This document shows positions 5,759-15,482 of a stretch of 28,277 nucleotides of DNA, piece by piece. Position numbers and translations under genes: made by a program. The notes beneath the pieces were generated by a model. It worked only from the letters and a program-made list of their open reading frames with translations, was not told where the DNA came from and ran no database searches. Origin of the DNA: a virus. Within the stretch, counting starts at the first letter, position 1. Every line of letters starts with the position of its first letter. The DNA lies in the IMG/VR virus record IMGVR_UViG_3300045988_062674, positions 1 to 28,277 of that record; one strand, written 5' to 3'.

Positions 5759-7032
5759 TGGCTAAAAGCAGAAGAAAAAGATTTGGTTTGCTAGGAAGTC
5801 TATTAGGACTAAATAAGCCAGCACCTAAACAAAATCAATTACATTCAATGTTTGCAAGCTTAGGTGGATATTCACCGGTGTATTCATCCTATGATGGTGG
5901 AATATATGAGATTGGACTATGCAGAGCATGTATCAATCGAATTGCCACGTCATGTGGAAAGGCTTCACCTGAACTGACAAACAAAGACTACAAAAGCAAG
6001 ATATATAACTATTTGGTTAAGAAAAAGCCAAATCCTTATATGACAGCTAGTCAATTTTATAAAAGATTGGCAACTATCTATTTTACAGAAAACAATGCTT
6101 TCATTATTCCAATTGAAGATGAATATGGAATGGTAAAGGGATTATGGCCCGCAGTACCAAGCCAGTGTCAGTTAAAAGAAATCAATGGTGTAGTTTATAT
6201 TTATTTTAATTTCATCTATGGCGAAACAAAATTGATTGAATATAGCAAAGTAGGACATCTAAGGCAGATGCAGTATAAAAATGATTACTTTGGTGAAATT
6301 AATAATGCATTTGATACAACAGCTAAATTGATGCTTGCTCAGGAAGAAGGAGCAATCAATGCGATCAAGTCAAGTTCTATTGTTCGATTCTTGGCTAGAA
6401 TTTCAACACCGATTGATGATGATGAGGATTACAAAGAACAACAGAACATGATCTTAAGAAATAACCTGAACAAAAATGAAACAGGTGTATTCCTTGTTGA
6501 TAATCGTTTTGATGAAGTAAAACCGATTGAAAGTAAACCACTATTAGTGGATGCCAAGCAGAAGCAAGCAATTGAAAATAGTGTATACAGCTATTTTGGA
6601 ATTAGTGAAGCTATTTTACAAAATAAATATAAACCTGATGAATGGAATGCATTTTATGAATCAATTATTGAACCATTTTTTATTGAAGTTGGAGAAGTAT
6701 TGAGTGGAATGTTATATTCCGTAAATCAGATTATGAATGGTAGTGAAATCATTCTTACAAGTGATCGTTTACAGTATGATTCAACACAGACAAAACTGAA
6801 TGTTGCGACTCAAATGTTCGATAGAGGAATGATTGATACAAATGGGGCATTAAATATTATGAACAAAGCGCCTTTACCAGATGATGAAGGTAAGAAACGT
6901 TTTATTCGAGGTGAATATATCCAGGTAACTAAATCGAATCAAGGAGGAATTGGTTACAATGGGGAAACCGAACCACAGCAAAATCCAAATGCGCTCGATC
7001 CCGTTCCAAATGAACCCGGTGATGGAAAATAA
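5758..7032 (+). CDS. portal protein
   Basis: 424 aa. GTG start after AGGAAGGTGA. Placed between terL and the protease, with an HK97-type portal-like sequence and an acidic/Pro-rich C-terminal tail. Confidence 0.9.
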   Translation: MAKSRRKRFGLLGSLLGLNKPAPKQNQLHSMFASLGGYSPVYSSYDGGIYEIGLCRACINRIATSCGKASPELTNKDYKSKIYNYLVKKKPNPYMTASQFYKRLATIYFTENNAFIIPIEDEYGMVKGLWPAVPSQCQLKEINGVVYIYFNFIYGETKLIEYSKVGHLRQMQYKNDYFGEINNAFDTTAKLMLAQEEGAINAIKSSSIVRFLARISTPIDDDEDYKEQQNMILRNNLNKNETGVFLVDNRFDEVKPIESKPLLVDAKQKQAIENSVYSYFGISEAILQNKYKPDEWNAFYESIIEPFFIEVGEVLSGMLYSVNQIMNGSEIILTSDRLQYDSTQTKLNVATQMFDRGMIDTNGALNIMNKAPLPDDEGKKRFIRGEYIQVTKSNQGGIGYNGETEPQQNPNALDPVPNEPGDGK

Positions 7033-7570
7033 ACGGATTGATACTCAATATTATGTTGAAGGATATGCTACAACATTTGAACCTTATGTTCTTTATCGAG
7101 ATTACGAAGGTAATGATGTATATGAGTTGATTGAGCGTTCAAGTTTGGACAACGCTGATATGAGTGATATCATCTTCCAATTTGATCATGGAGGAATGGT
7201 ATATGCACGTACAAGCAATGGTTCACTTATTGTTGAAGTAGATGAACACGGATTGTTTGTTGCAGCAGATTTAGGAAGAACAGAAGCTGCAAAACGTTTG
7301 TACGACAGTATTCAGGCAGGAATGGTTACTCAGATGTCATGGAGGTACATGGTGGATGAGGAATCATATGATAGATCTAAAAAGATGTGGACAACACGTA
7401 AAGTATCAAAAATTTATGATGTTTCGGCAGTGTCGATTCCTGCAAATGATCAAACATCTATTGAAGCAAGGGCAAAGTCTTTAATGGATGAAGAACGGAC
7501 TAAAAAAGAAAATGAAAAGAAACGAGAAAGACTGAGTTTGTTGTTGCAGATTAAGGAGGCTATTAATTAA
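6959..7570 (+). CDS. HK97-family prohead protease
   Basis: VEGYATTFEPY... and DVSAVSIPANDQT are typical of S78 prohead proteases. ATG 6959 follows AAGGAGG (6941-6947); the alternative start is ATG 7022. Overlaps the portal 3' end. Confidence 0.85.
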   Translation: MGKPNHSKIQMRSIPFQMNPVMENKRIDTQYYVEGYATTFEPYVLYRDYEGNDVYELIERSSLDNADMSDIIFQFDHGGMVYARTSNGSLIVEVDEHGLFVAADLGRTEAAKRLYDSIQAGMVTQMSWRYMVDEESYDRSKKMWTTRKVSKIYDVSAVSIPANDQTSIEARAKSLMDEERTKKENEKKRERLSLLLQIKEAIN

Positions 7571-8883
7571 TGTTTACAGAGCAACAACTAGCAGCATTCA
7601 ATGCAATGAATCACGAACAGATTCAAAAAAGATTTAAAGAAATTCAAGATGAGGTCAACAAAAACGATCCTAATACAAACTTGGAAATGTTACAGGCAGA
7701 ATTTGATATCTTGCAAAAACGTGACAAAGAGTTACAAGGCAAGGTTGCAAAACGTCAAGCGTTCTTAGATACTATGGCAAAATCTATTGTAGATGAAGAT
7801 GAAGCTTTTGCTACACAACAGGAACAAGCTCGTAGCAAAGCACATCCATCAATGCCTACAAACTTGTCAGAACGTAAAAAAGGAATGGAAGACGATATGG
7901 AGTATCGTAGTGCATTCATGGAATTCGTTCAAAAAGGAAAACAGTCAGAAATTTTAAGACAACGTAGCGCAGAAGCAGGCGTAGCAGCTGATCTAGGTAT
8001 TTTAATTCCTGAAACCATTGTTCAGAAAGTAATGACTGAATTAAGTAAATCTCGTGGTTACTTATACAATGCAGTATTACATACAAATTTCCGTGGCGGT
8101 GTTAAATATCCTATCGGTTCATTTAAAGCTACTTTTAAACGTATTACAGAAACAACAGTATCTGATCGTCAAAAGGCCGGTTCTGTTACAGAATTTGTAC
8201 AATTTGGATATTTGATTGGTGAAATTCGTTTAGCACGTACATTACTACAAACTGTATTAACTGTAAATGCATTCGAAACTGAATTAGCAAAAGTTATTGT
8301 AGAAGCTTATTTGGAAGCTATGGATCGTGAAATTTTAACAGGTCAATCTGAAAACAATGAGTGTGAAGGTATTTTAACAGAAGCTAATAAAGTAAGTGGA
8401 CGTATTAAAGCAGATCACATTATTGAATTTACTGAGGAAGAAATGAAAGATTGGAAATCATGGCAAACAAAATTCTTTGCGAAGATTCCTTTATCAATGC
8501 GTAAATTAAAACCAGAGTTTGTTATGACTCCTGCAACATATGAAGCAAACATTAAAACATTGGCTGATCAAAATAATCGTCCTGTTTATGCAGAAACATT
8601 TAATCCTATTGATGGTGCAGAACGTGCTACATTCGCAGCTAGAACTGTTAATTTCGTTGAAAATGATACGTTTAAAGATTTTAATGAAGCACAAAACGGT
8701 GATTATTTCGGAATGTATTGGGTAGGAAAAGAAGCCTATGCGATCAATTCAAATATGCAGTTTGGTGTGAAGAAGTACTGGGATTATGAAAAGAATGAGG
8801 AAGTAACTCAGGCATTAGTTATCAATGATGGTAAAGTATTAGATCCTCAATACATCTTCTTGTTAAAAAAAAAAGTAGCTTAA
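7570..8883 (+). CDS. major capsid protein (HK97 fold) with N-terminal delta/scaffold-like coiled coil
   Basis: 437 aa. TAATG overlap with the protease gene. Coiled-coil N-terminus followed by an HK97-like body. Confidence 0.92.
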   Translation: MFTEQQLAAFNAMNHEQIQKRFKEIQDEVNKNDPNTNLEMLQAEFDILQKRDKELQGKVAKRQAFLDTMAKSIVDEDEAFATQQEQARSKAHPSMPTNLSERKKGMEDDMEYRSAFMEFVQKGKQSEILRQRSAEAGVAADLGILIPETIVQKVMTELSKSRGYLYNAVLHTNFRGGVKYPIGSFKATFKRITETTVSDRQKAGSVTEFVQFGYLIGEIRLARTLLQTVLTVNAFETELAKVIVEAYLEAMDREILTGQSENNECEGILTEANKVSGRIKADHIIEFTEEEMKDWKSWQTKFFAKIPLSMRKLKPEFVMTPATYEANIKTLADQNNRPVYAETFNPIDGAERATFAARTVNFVENDTFKDFNEAQNGDYFGMYWVGKEAYAINSNMQFGVKKYWDYEKNEEVTQALVINDGKVLDPQYIFLLKKKVA

Positions 8884-9029
8884 GCAATGGAGATGTTACA
8901 AAAGATGAAAGTCAAACAGGAACACAATCATTAAATGATGAAGAACCTGTTGTAACTGATGATGAACCTATTTTATTAGATGATGAGCCTAAGAAAACTA
9001 CTCGAAAAAGCAGTGCGAAGAAAGCTTAG
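8874..9029 (+). CDS. putative -1 frameshift C-terminal extension of the major capsid protein (51 aa)
   Basis: An A10 run (8865-8874) sits inside the last capsid codons. The -1 frame is open from there to TAG 9027-9029 and contains no ATG/GTG/TTG. It encodes SSLSNGDVTKDESQTGTQSLNDEEPVVTDDEPILLDDEPKKTTRKSSAKKA and fills an otherwise unexplained 156-nt gap. Confidence 0.45.
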   Translation, partial: SSLSNGDVTKDESQTGTQSLNDEEPVVTDDEPILLDDEPKKTTRKSSAKKA

Positions 9030-9039
9030 GTGATAGATA

Positions 9040-9342
9040 ATGGGGTTCAATATTTCTGAAAGCCTTCTAGAACGTGTTAGAACTGCTGCTACAAGAGCTA
9101 AATCACATGCTTATGATGATGAAATCAAAACGTATATCAATGCATGTTTATACGATTTGGATAGATTAAATATCTTATTTGATGAAGATGATTTAGAAGA
9201 TGAAATTGTAGTAGCGGTAATAGCATATGTAATGTCAAAATTTGGTATAACGGATGCTTCAAATAAAGAATCAATGGCTAAAACATATGAGGATTTACGT
9301 CAGATTCTTATGACAGATAAATCTCATAAGAAGGTGAAATAG
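9040..9342 (+). CDS. head-tail connector (gp6-like)
   Basis: 100 aa, with an AGGTGA RBS. First gene after the capsid. Sequence pattern resembles Phage_connect_1 proteins. Confidence 0.75.
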   Translation: MGFNISESLLERVRTAATRAKSHAYDDEIKTYINACLYDLDRLNILFDEDDLEDEIVVAVIAYVMSKFGITDASNKESMAKTYEDLRQILMTDKSHKKVK

Positions 9343-9343
9343 T

Positions 9344-9679
9344 ATGGCATATGAATATACTCGTGAGAATAATCTTTACTACGATGTGGCATATCTGATT
9401 GAAAAAGAAAGATATGTGGATGCAGATGGTGTGGAACGTGTTAATGAAACTGAGAAGGAAGTATTTTGCCGTGTCGGTGGAATTTATTCAAAAGAATTTA
9501 ATGAAGCCTACCAGGCAGGCATACAGTTAGCGTATAAGCTTGTTATTCCTACTATTGATTACAATGATGAAACGACAGTGAAATACAACGACAAAAAGTA
9601 TGCAGTTTATCGTACATTCCCATCCGGAGATACGATTGAACTATATGTTCAACAGGATGCTGGAGAATGGAAACAGTAA
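9344..9679 (+). CDS. head-tail adaptor / head closure protein
   Basis: 111 aa. Position and the ...VFCRVGGIYSKEFNEA... pattern are typical of SPP1 gp16-like head-tail joining proteins. Confidence 0.7.
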   Translation: MAYEYTRENNLYYDVAYLIEKERYVDADGVERVNETEKEVFCRVGGIYSKEFNEAYQAGIQLAYKLVIPTIDYNDETTVKYNDKKYAVYRTFPSGDTIELYVQQDAGEWKQ

Positions 9680-10005
9680 GACAACAGATTGTAGCTAAAT
9701 TCACTGAACTTTTAGGTGAAGGACAATTTGTATACGGAAGTTTCAAATCAAAACCCCATACCCCCTATGGGAATTATGCATTGGATTATACAAATAATTA
9801 CTTTGCAGACAATAGAACGTATTGTAAGATTGGAACTTACATATATAGATTAGTGACTGATCAAAAAGATTTTGAATTAGAAGCTAAAATCGAAGATATG
9901 TTTGATGAATTAGAAATACCATACCAAACCATCACAGATGAAGATATAAACACTCAAAAAGTACACTGTACAGAATGGGCGGTGACATTAGTTGGCCGTC
10001 AATGA
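9667..10005 (+). CDS. putative neck/tail-completion protein
   Basis: 112 aa, overlapping both neighbours (coupled). Assigned by position in the neck module; family not recognised. Confidence 0.6.
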   Translation: METVRQQIVAKFTELLGEGQFVYGSFKSKPHTPYGNYALDYTNNYFADNRTYCKIGTYIYRLVTDQKDFELEAKIEDMFDELEIPYQTITDEDINTQKVHCTEWAVTLVGRQ

Positions 10006-10402
10006 TGTATATTGCGATATGTCGCAACTTGGGCCTGAAATCAGAAAGATGATTCAAGAATATAAAGAGCATTCTTTGGCGCAGATTGATAGAGCAGTAG
10101 AAGAAACTACAAAAGATTCTAAAGACATTGTTAAAGCTAAGGCCAATGTAGACCATAGAAACACGCGCAGAAAGGGAAAATATAAAAGGTCTATAACATA
10201 TAAGATAGAACGTGAATTAGCTCATACACGCGGTGTTATTTATGCGAGTGGTCACGAATACTCATTAACTCATTTACTAGAAAACGGACATAATTTATGG
10301 AATTCTCCTAGACGTACACGTGCATTCGAGCACTGGAAGGATGGAGAAACAAACGCAATCAAGGAACTGCCAAGTTTAATCGAAAAATATTTGAAAGGAT
10401 AA
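9992..10402 (+). CDS. HK97 gp10-family neck protein
   Basis: 136 aa. ...RRKGKYKRSITYKIE...GHEYSLTHLLENGH resembles the HK97 gp10 family. TTG start at 9992; the alternative is ATG 10019. Confidence 0.7.
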   Translation: MAVNDVYCDMSQLGPEIRKMIQEYKEHSLAQIDRAVEETTKDSKDIVKAKANVDHRNTRRKGKYKRSITYKIERELAHTRGVIYASGHEYSLTHLLENGHNLWNSPRRTRAFEHWKDGETNAIKELPSLIEKYLKG

Positions 10403-10407
10403 AAACT

Positions 10408-11052
10408 ATGGCAGATAAAAACAAAGTACGATTCGGTCTAAAAAATGTACATGTATGTTCTATTACAGAAAGTGCAGGATCAATTACATATGGTACGCCT
10501 ACTGCATGGAAAGGTGCTAAATCATTAACACTAGATCCAGAAGGAGATACAAATACATATTATGCAGATAACACTGCGTATTTTACAACGAATACAAACA
10601 ATGGATATTCAGGAAGTTTGGAAATGTCTGAAATCCCAGAAGAAATTGAAAAAATGATTTTCAATACAGTGACAACAGAAGAAGGTAACTTAGCAGAAGA
10701 TGCAAACGTATTGCCTAATAACGTTGCGCTTATGTTCCAATTTGAAGGTGATGTAAGCGCTACTAAACACATCTTCTATAAGGTTGTATTTGCACGACCA
10801 AATGTAGAAGGTGAAACAAAAGAAGAGAGCACTGATCCTGCTACTACATCAATGGATATTACGGCTGTTCCTGTTGAGAAAGATGATCATCAATGGGTAA
10901 AGGCAAAATGTCGTAAAGGTGACACAAATTATGAGAGTTTCTTTACAACTGCTCCAACATTACCTACTCCAAAAGCTAGTGAAATGAGCCAGAAAGAAGG
11001 TACACCGGTAGTTGTACAAAGTGATAATGGCAAGGAAGTGAGCACATTATAA
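10408..11052 (+). CDS. major tail protein (phi13/TP901-1 type)
   Basis: 214 aa. VRFGLKNVH...YGTPTAWKGAKSLTLDPEGDTNTYYADN is typical of phi13-family major tail proteins. Lies directly upstream of the chaperone pair. Confidence 0.88.
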   Translation: MADKNKVRFGLKNVHVCSITESAGSITYGTPTAWKGAKSLTLDPEGDTNTYYADNTAYFTTNTNNGYSGSLEMSEIPEEIEKMIFNTVTTEEGNLAEDANVLPNNVALMFQFEGDVSATKHIFYKVVFARPNVEGETKEESTDPATTSMDITAVPVEKDDHQWVKAKCRKGDTNYESFFTTAPTLPTPKASEMSQKEGTPVVVQSDNGKEVSTL

Positions 11053-11071
11053 GAGGGGCAACCCCCTCTTT
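11052..11071 (+). terminator. stem-loop AGAGGGG-CAAC-CCCCTCT after the major tail gene (attenuator-like, weak T tract)
   Basis: 7-bp GC-rich stem read directly, followed by only TT. Probably a partial terminator or an mRNA stabiliser. Confidence 0.3.
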
Positions 11072-11081
11072 GTGAGGTTAT

Positions 11082-11513
11082 ATGGAACAGACACTAAGTA
11101 TTGATGGTAAAAAATATAATTTATTGTATAAAGGCAAAACGGCTAGCATTTATAGAGATTATTTCAACAGAGATTTGTTAGTGGACATTCAGGAAGTGCA
11201 AATCAAATTTGGTGAAGCTATCGAAAAAAATGTTCGTGAAGGAAATCCTGATCGAGATCCTTATTTCACTTTATTACAAGCAAACGGATCTTTATTTTTT
11301 GAAAGATTAGTTTGGGTATGTATCAAGACGTATGACACATATCATGGAAAAGAAACAAAAGCGTTCCAAGATTTTGTTGATGAAATTGAAGATTATCAAA
11401 CCTATGTAATGAGCGGAGTTGTTATTCTAGAACAAATTATCAATGCAAATAAAGCAACGGTACAAGATGAATCCGATGAAGTGGTTTCAGATGATAAAAA
11501 AAAAGAAGCGTAA
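11082..11513 (+). CDS. tail assembly chaperone (gpG-like)
   Basis: 143 aa and acidic. Lies between the major tail and tape measure genes and ends in an A9 slippery run. Confidence 0.85.
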   Translation: MEQTLSIDGKKYNLLYKGKTASIYRDYFNRDLLVDIQEVQIKFGEAIEKNVREGNPDRDPYFTLLQANGSLFFERLVWVCIKTYDTYHGKETKAFQDFVDEIEDYQTYVMSGVVILEQIINANKATVQDESDEVVSDDKKKEA

Positions 11514-11698
11514 GCTACACTGATTTAGTATTAGGTGGATTAAATTTAGGATTAAAAATAGATGAAATAGAGGATATGGGCATAGGAAGATTGTTTGATT
11601 TGATTATTGCACGTGGAAATATGCAGTCCAAAGTAAATAATTCAAAAAACAAAATTCGTATTCGTAAAGCAGTCCAAAGCGACTTTGACAGATTTTAG
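11504..11698 (+). CDS. -1 frameshift extension of the chaperone (gpT-like part of G-T fusion, 64 aa)
   Basis: After the A9 run (11496-11504), the -1 frame is open to TAG 11696-11698: RSVSYTDLVLGGLNLGLKIDEIEDMGIGRLFDLIIARGNMQSK.... No RBS of its own. This is the conserved G/GT arrangement of long-tailed phages. Confidence 0.7.
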   Translation, partial: RSVSYTDLVLGGLNLGLKIDEIEDMGIGRLFDLIIARGNMQSKVNNSKNKIRIRKAVQSDFDRF

Positions 11699-11710
11699 GA
11701 GGTACTAAAA

Positions 11711-14700
11711 TTGTCAGGTTACAGTCAAGTAAGAGGTATCTCCGTAAAAATTGATGGAGATACTACAGGCTTTCAAAAAGCAATTAATAAAATAAAATCC
11801 GAAACAGCAGGATTAGATAAAACAATGTCAAAACTGAAATCTTCTATGAAATTCAACGAAGGAGATTTTCAGTCCTTTGCGACATATCAGAACTTGTTAC
11901 AAGATAAAATCAAAAGCACAACTAAGCAATTGGAAGTCTATAACAAGAAACTGATGAATTATCCAAAGACACAGAAGCAGTGGGCCGATGCGGTTTCTTC
12001 TGCTACTAAGTCTGTTGATAATTACACTCATACGTTTAATTCTTTGAATAAAGAATATACAAACAACAACAAGCAGATCAACGCATGGAAAGAAGCAATT
12101 GCAAACGGTACGCGTTCGGCAGAACAAGGTGAAAATGCTATTCAAAGATTAGCTTCACGAAATGTCACTTTAAAAGAAGCAATGGATGATTGTACTTCAG
12201 GCATTGCCGAACAAAAAAAGGTATTGGTTGATTTAGGCAGTACATACGAAGATTCTCAACGCACATATCTAGGTTTAAAAGCAGGTGCTTTAGGACTTAA
12301 AAATGAATTGGCAGGTATGTCAAATTCATTCATTTCAACGAATGAAACATTGTTAAGACTGTATGATACGTTAGGAAAAGTAAGCTCAAAAGCAGAATTT
12401 TTTGCAAATACTGTAAAGCCGTATTCTATGCTATCTTTTGCAGGCATTGCAGCCGCTACTAAGGCGGCCATTGAGTTTGAGGATGCATGGACTGGTGTTA
12501 CAAAAACAGTAAATGCAACCCCTCAACAGTTTGAAAAAATCAATGCAGGCTTAAAAAATCTTGCACAAACTACATCGAGTACCTATCAAGATATTGCACA
12601 TTATGCAGAACTTGCAGGACAAATGGGTATCCCTACAGATTCTATTGTTGGATTTACTAAAACTATTACAGAATTGGGTGATACTACAAATCTTGTTGGT
12701 GAAGAAGCAGCACAAAGTATTGCCAAGTTCTCAAACGTAATGGTTTCACAGTCTAAAAAGACGAACACATATTATTCTCGTTTAGGTTCTACAATCGTAG
12801 ACTTGGGAAATAAATTCTCTACAACCGAAGCAGATATCATGGCAATGGCAACACGATTAGGTGTTGCAGGTAAGATGGTAGGCTTTAACTCTAACCAAGT
12901 ATTAGGATTATCAACTGCATTATCTTCATTAGGAATTGAAGCTGCTGCCGGTGGTAGTTCTATTTCTAAAATGTTGAAGACAATTGATCTATCTGTTTCT
13001 ACGGGGAATAAGAAACTACAGAAGTTTGCAGAAGTGTCTGGAATGACTTCTCAACAGTTCCAAAAGGCTTGGGGAGAAGATGCAGCGGGAACATTCTTAA
13101 AGTTTGTAGAAGGTATTGGAAAATCGGCTGATGTTACAAAAACATTGGATGAATTAGGCATTAAGGAAGTACGACAAGCACAGTCAATGGGTGCTTTGGC
13201 ACAAAGTTCAGATGTATTGGCTAGTGCATTAAATGTTTCTAAAAATGCCTGGAATGACAATACGGCAATGGCAAACGAAGCAGAAAAGCGTTATGCGACT
13301 TTGAAATCTCAATTATCTCAAACATGGGAAGCTATTAAACAAGCTGGTAATGAATTAGGTCAGGCATTTACACCTACATTAACGGATCTATTAAAGATAG
13401 TAAAAAAGGCAGCTAACGCATTCTCTAATTTAGATGAAGGAACGCAACAGACAATCGCAAAGATGTTGCTGTTGACGGCAGCCGCTTATCCAACTGCAAA
13501 AGGTGTAAGTAAAGTAGCTGGTGCAACGCAAAGCGCTGTTAAGTTCTTTACTAAAGCTCATCCAAGCTTAGAAAAAGTAGCAGATGGATTTTGGGATGCT
13601 GCAAAAGCAGGAGAATTAGCAAGTACTTCTGTACTTTCTTTGGCAAAAGGTTTTGTGCTAACACATCCAGCAATCACTGCTGTTACAGTTGCACTTGGTG
13701 CTTTCGCAGGTGCTGTTGTTTGGGCGGATAAAACGCGCAAGGAAGCGATGGAAACTGCAAATAAAGAGCTTGCATATAAAGATACAGATTATGCAGTTAC
13801 ATTAAAAGTTGTTGATGGTTATGAGAAGTATGCAAAGTCAATGTCTAAAGTTAAGACAAGCATGGGTGAAATTGTAACTCAGTATACGCAAAACAACAAA
13901 ACTGCACTTCATTTGATGAAAACAATTCAAGATCTTAACGCAAAAGAATCTTTAAATGCTACACAAAAGACTATGCTTGCAGAAGCTGTTAGGGAGTTAA
14001 ATCAACTTTATCCTGATTTAGGAGTAGAGATTGATGAAAATACTGGAAAGCTAAATCTTAATGAGGATGCACATTATAGTAGTATTGATGCAATCAAAGA
14101 AAGAATCACTCAGATTCAAGAAGAAGCAAAACAAGAAGCGTTGGCAAGTATCGCAAAGAAAAATGCCGCTGCTCAATTGAAAGCGGAATTAAAGAATGCT
14201 GAGCTTACGGAAAGTATAAAAAGCACGACTGAAGCATTTAAAAAATTAAATGCAGAATATGTTGACGGTCAGTTGTCGATGCAAGATTACATGAATCAGT
14301 CTAGTGCATTGAAAGAATCAATTAATACATTATGTACGGATTTAGCAGATTCTTATACGAAATTGCACGAAACGCAGACTCAGGCTATATTGCAGTCTAA
14401 TTATTTAGAAACGCAATCATTCACCAAAATGGGTGCAACGATGAAACAGCAATATGTTGATTTAGCCGCAGAAGCTGCACAAGCTGGTATTCAAATTCCT
14501 CAGAACATTCAATTAGGAATTACAAATGGAACTGCAAATGCGGTAGAAGCAGCTAACTATATGGCTAGTTTGATGAATTTTCAACAACTTGTAGATCAAG
14601 CCGGTATGATTGGTGGTTCTATTCCTATGAGTGTAGCCAATAGTATTCTTGCAAATTGTGGAAGTATCACAGAAGCAACCAATGCCATGAACAATTTAAT

Positions 14701-15481
14701 TACATTGGCACAGGCAGTTCAAACTGCTGGGATTGAAGGACAACAAATTCCTGCTGATGTAGCTGAAAAAGTTGCTAGTGGACAAATGTCTGTTGGAGAT
14801 GCGGTAACTAAAATGATGCAAGACACAGATCCGAAAATGAAAGAAGCCGGTGAAAAGATGAAAAAACAAGCTGACAAATCAATCACTGGTATTGCGGATG
14901 CATTTGCGAATGATGGTACAACATCATCGGCAGTTGGAAAAATGGGTGGAAAAATGGAAAAAGCATTGCAACCATCTTTAGATAACATGGTTACTAGCTC
15001 CGCTAAAGCTTATTCAGATATTAAATCAAATATTGATAAAGCTCAAAGCTATGCTGACAGTCATCCTATCACGTATACAGAAATAACAAAAAAGAAGACA
15101 GTTGTTGAAGGTGATAACAATAAAAAATATTTCCCACAATCTTTGTTCAATACGGATAAACCTGTGGTTGACACAGATATTATGCCAATGAGTGCAGATG
15201 CAATTGCTACTTATTCTGATATCAGTCCGTATGCATCTGTTGCGAATGCTACAACAGCTATTATGAGTGGAACTACATCACGAAGCTATGGAAGCGTTGG
15301 TAATATAAATTTGAGTGCAATCACAAATAGATTGGATCAAATGATTAATGCGATTGGAAATTGTGATCTAACAATCAATCTACAACCTATGCAATTGGAT
15401 GGAAATGTTGTTACAGATACTGTACAAGAAATTATATCAATTCGAGATATGTTGAAATCATGGGGAAATGGAGGTTCATAG
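11711..15481 (+). CDS. tape measure protein
   Basis: 1256 aa. TTG start after GGAGG. Long helical A/Q/K-rich sequence with central hydrophobic segments, in the canonical position. Confidence 0.95.
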   Translation: MSGYSQVRGISVKIDGDTTGFQKAINKIKSETAGLDKTMSKLKSSMKFNEGDFQSFATYQNLLQDKIKSTTKQLEVYNKKLMNYPKTQKQWADAVSSATKSVDNYTHTFNSLNKEYTNNNKQINAWKEAIANGTRSAEQGENAIQRLASRNVTLKEAMDDCTSGIAEQKKVLVDLGSTYEDSQRTYLGLKAGALGLKNELAGMSNSFISTNETLLRLYDTLGKVSSKAEFFANTVKPYSMLSFAGIAAATKAAIEFEDAWTGVTKTVNATPQQFEKINAGLKNLAQTTSSTYQDIAHYAELAGQMGIPTDSIVGFTKTITELGDTTNLVGEEAAQSIAKFSNVMVSQSKKTNTYYSRLGSTIVDLGNKFSTTEADIMAMATRLGVAGKMVGFNSNQVLGLSTALSSLGIEAAAGGSSISKMLKTIDLSVSTGNKKLQKFAEVSGMTSQQFQKAWGEDAAGTFLKFVEGIGKSADVTKTLDELGIKEVRQAQSMGALAQSSDVLASALNVSKNAWNDNTAMANEAEKRYATLKSQLSQTWEAIKQAGNELGQAFTPTLTDLLKIVKKAANAFSNLDEGTQQTIAKMLLLTAAAYPTAKGVSKVAGATQSAVKFFTKAHPSLEKVADGFWDAAKAGELASTSVLSLAKGFVLTHPAITAVTVALGAFAGAVVWADKTRKEAMETANKELAYKDTDYAVTLKVVDGYEKYAKSMSKVKTSMGEIVTQYTQNNKTALHLMKTIQDLNAKESLNATQKTMLAEAVRELNQLYPDLGVEIDENTGKLNLNEDAHYSSIDAIKERITQIQEEAKQEALASIAKKNAAAQLKAELKNAELTESIKSTTEAFKKLNAEYVDGQLSMQDYMNQSSALKESINTLCTDLADSYTKLHETQTQAILQSNYLETQSFTKMGATMKQQYVDLAAEAAQAGIQIPQNIQLGITNGTANAVEAANYMASLMNFQQLVDQAGMIGGSIPMSVANSILANCGSITEATNAMNNLITLAQAVQTAGIEGQQIPADVAEKVASGQMSVGDAVTKMMQDTDPKMKEAGEKMKKQADKSITGIADAFANDGTTSSAVGKMGGKMEKALQPSLDNMVTSSAKAYSDIKSNIDKAQSYADSHPITYTEITKKKTVVEGDNNKKYFPQSLFNTDKPVVDTDIMPMSADAIATYSDISPYASVANATTAIMSGTTSRSYGSVGNINLSAITNRLDQMINAIGNCDLTINLQPMQLDGNVVTDTVQEIISIRDMLKSWGNGGS

Positions 15482-15482
15482 A

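Noticed and set aside
11897-14988. Antisense ORFs inside the tape measure gene (11897..12145, 12256..12471, 13051..13260, 13558..13740, 14719..14988)
   Set aside because: These are typical shadow ORFs opposite a long A/Q/K-rich gene. They have no RBS and an Ala/Ser/Pro-skewed mirror composition.
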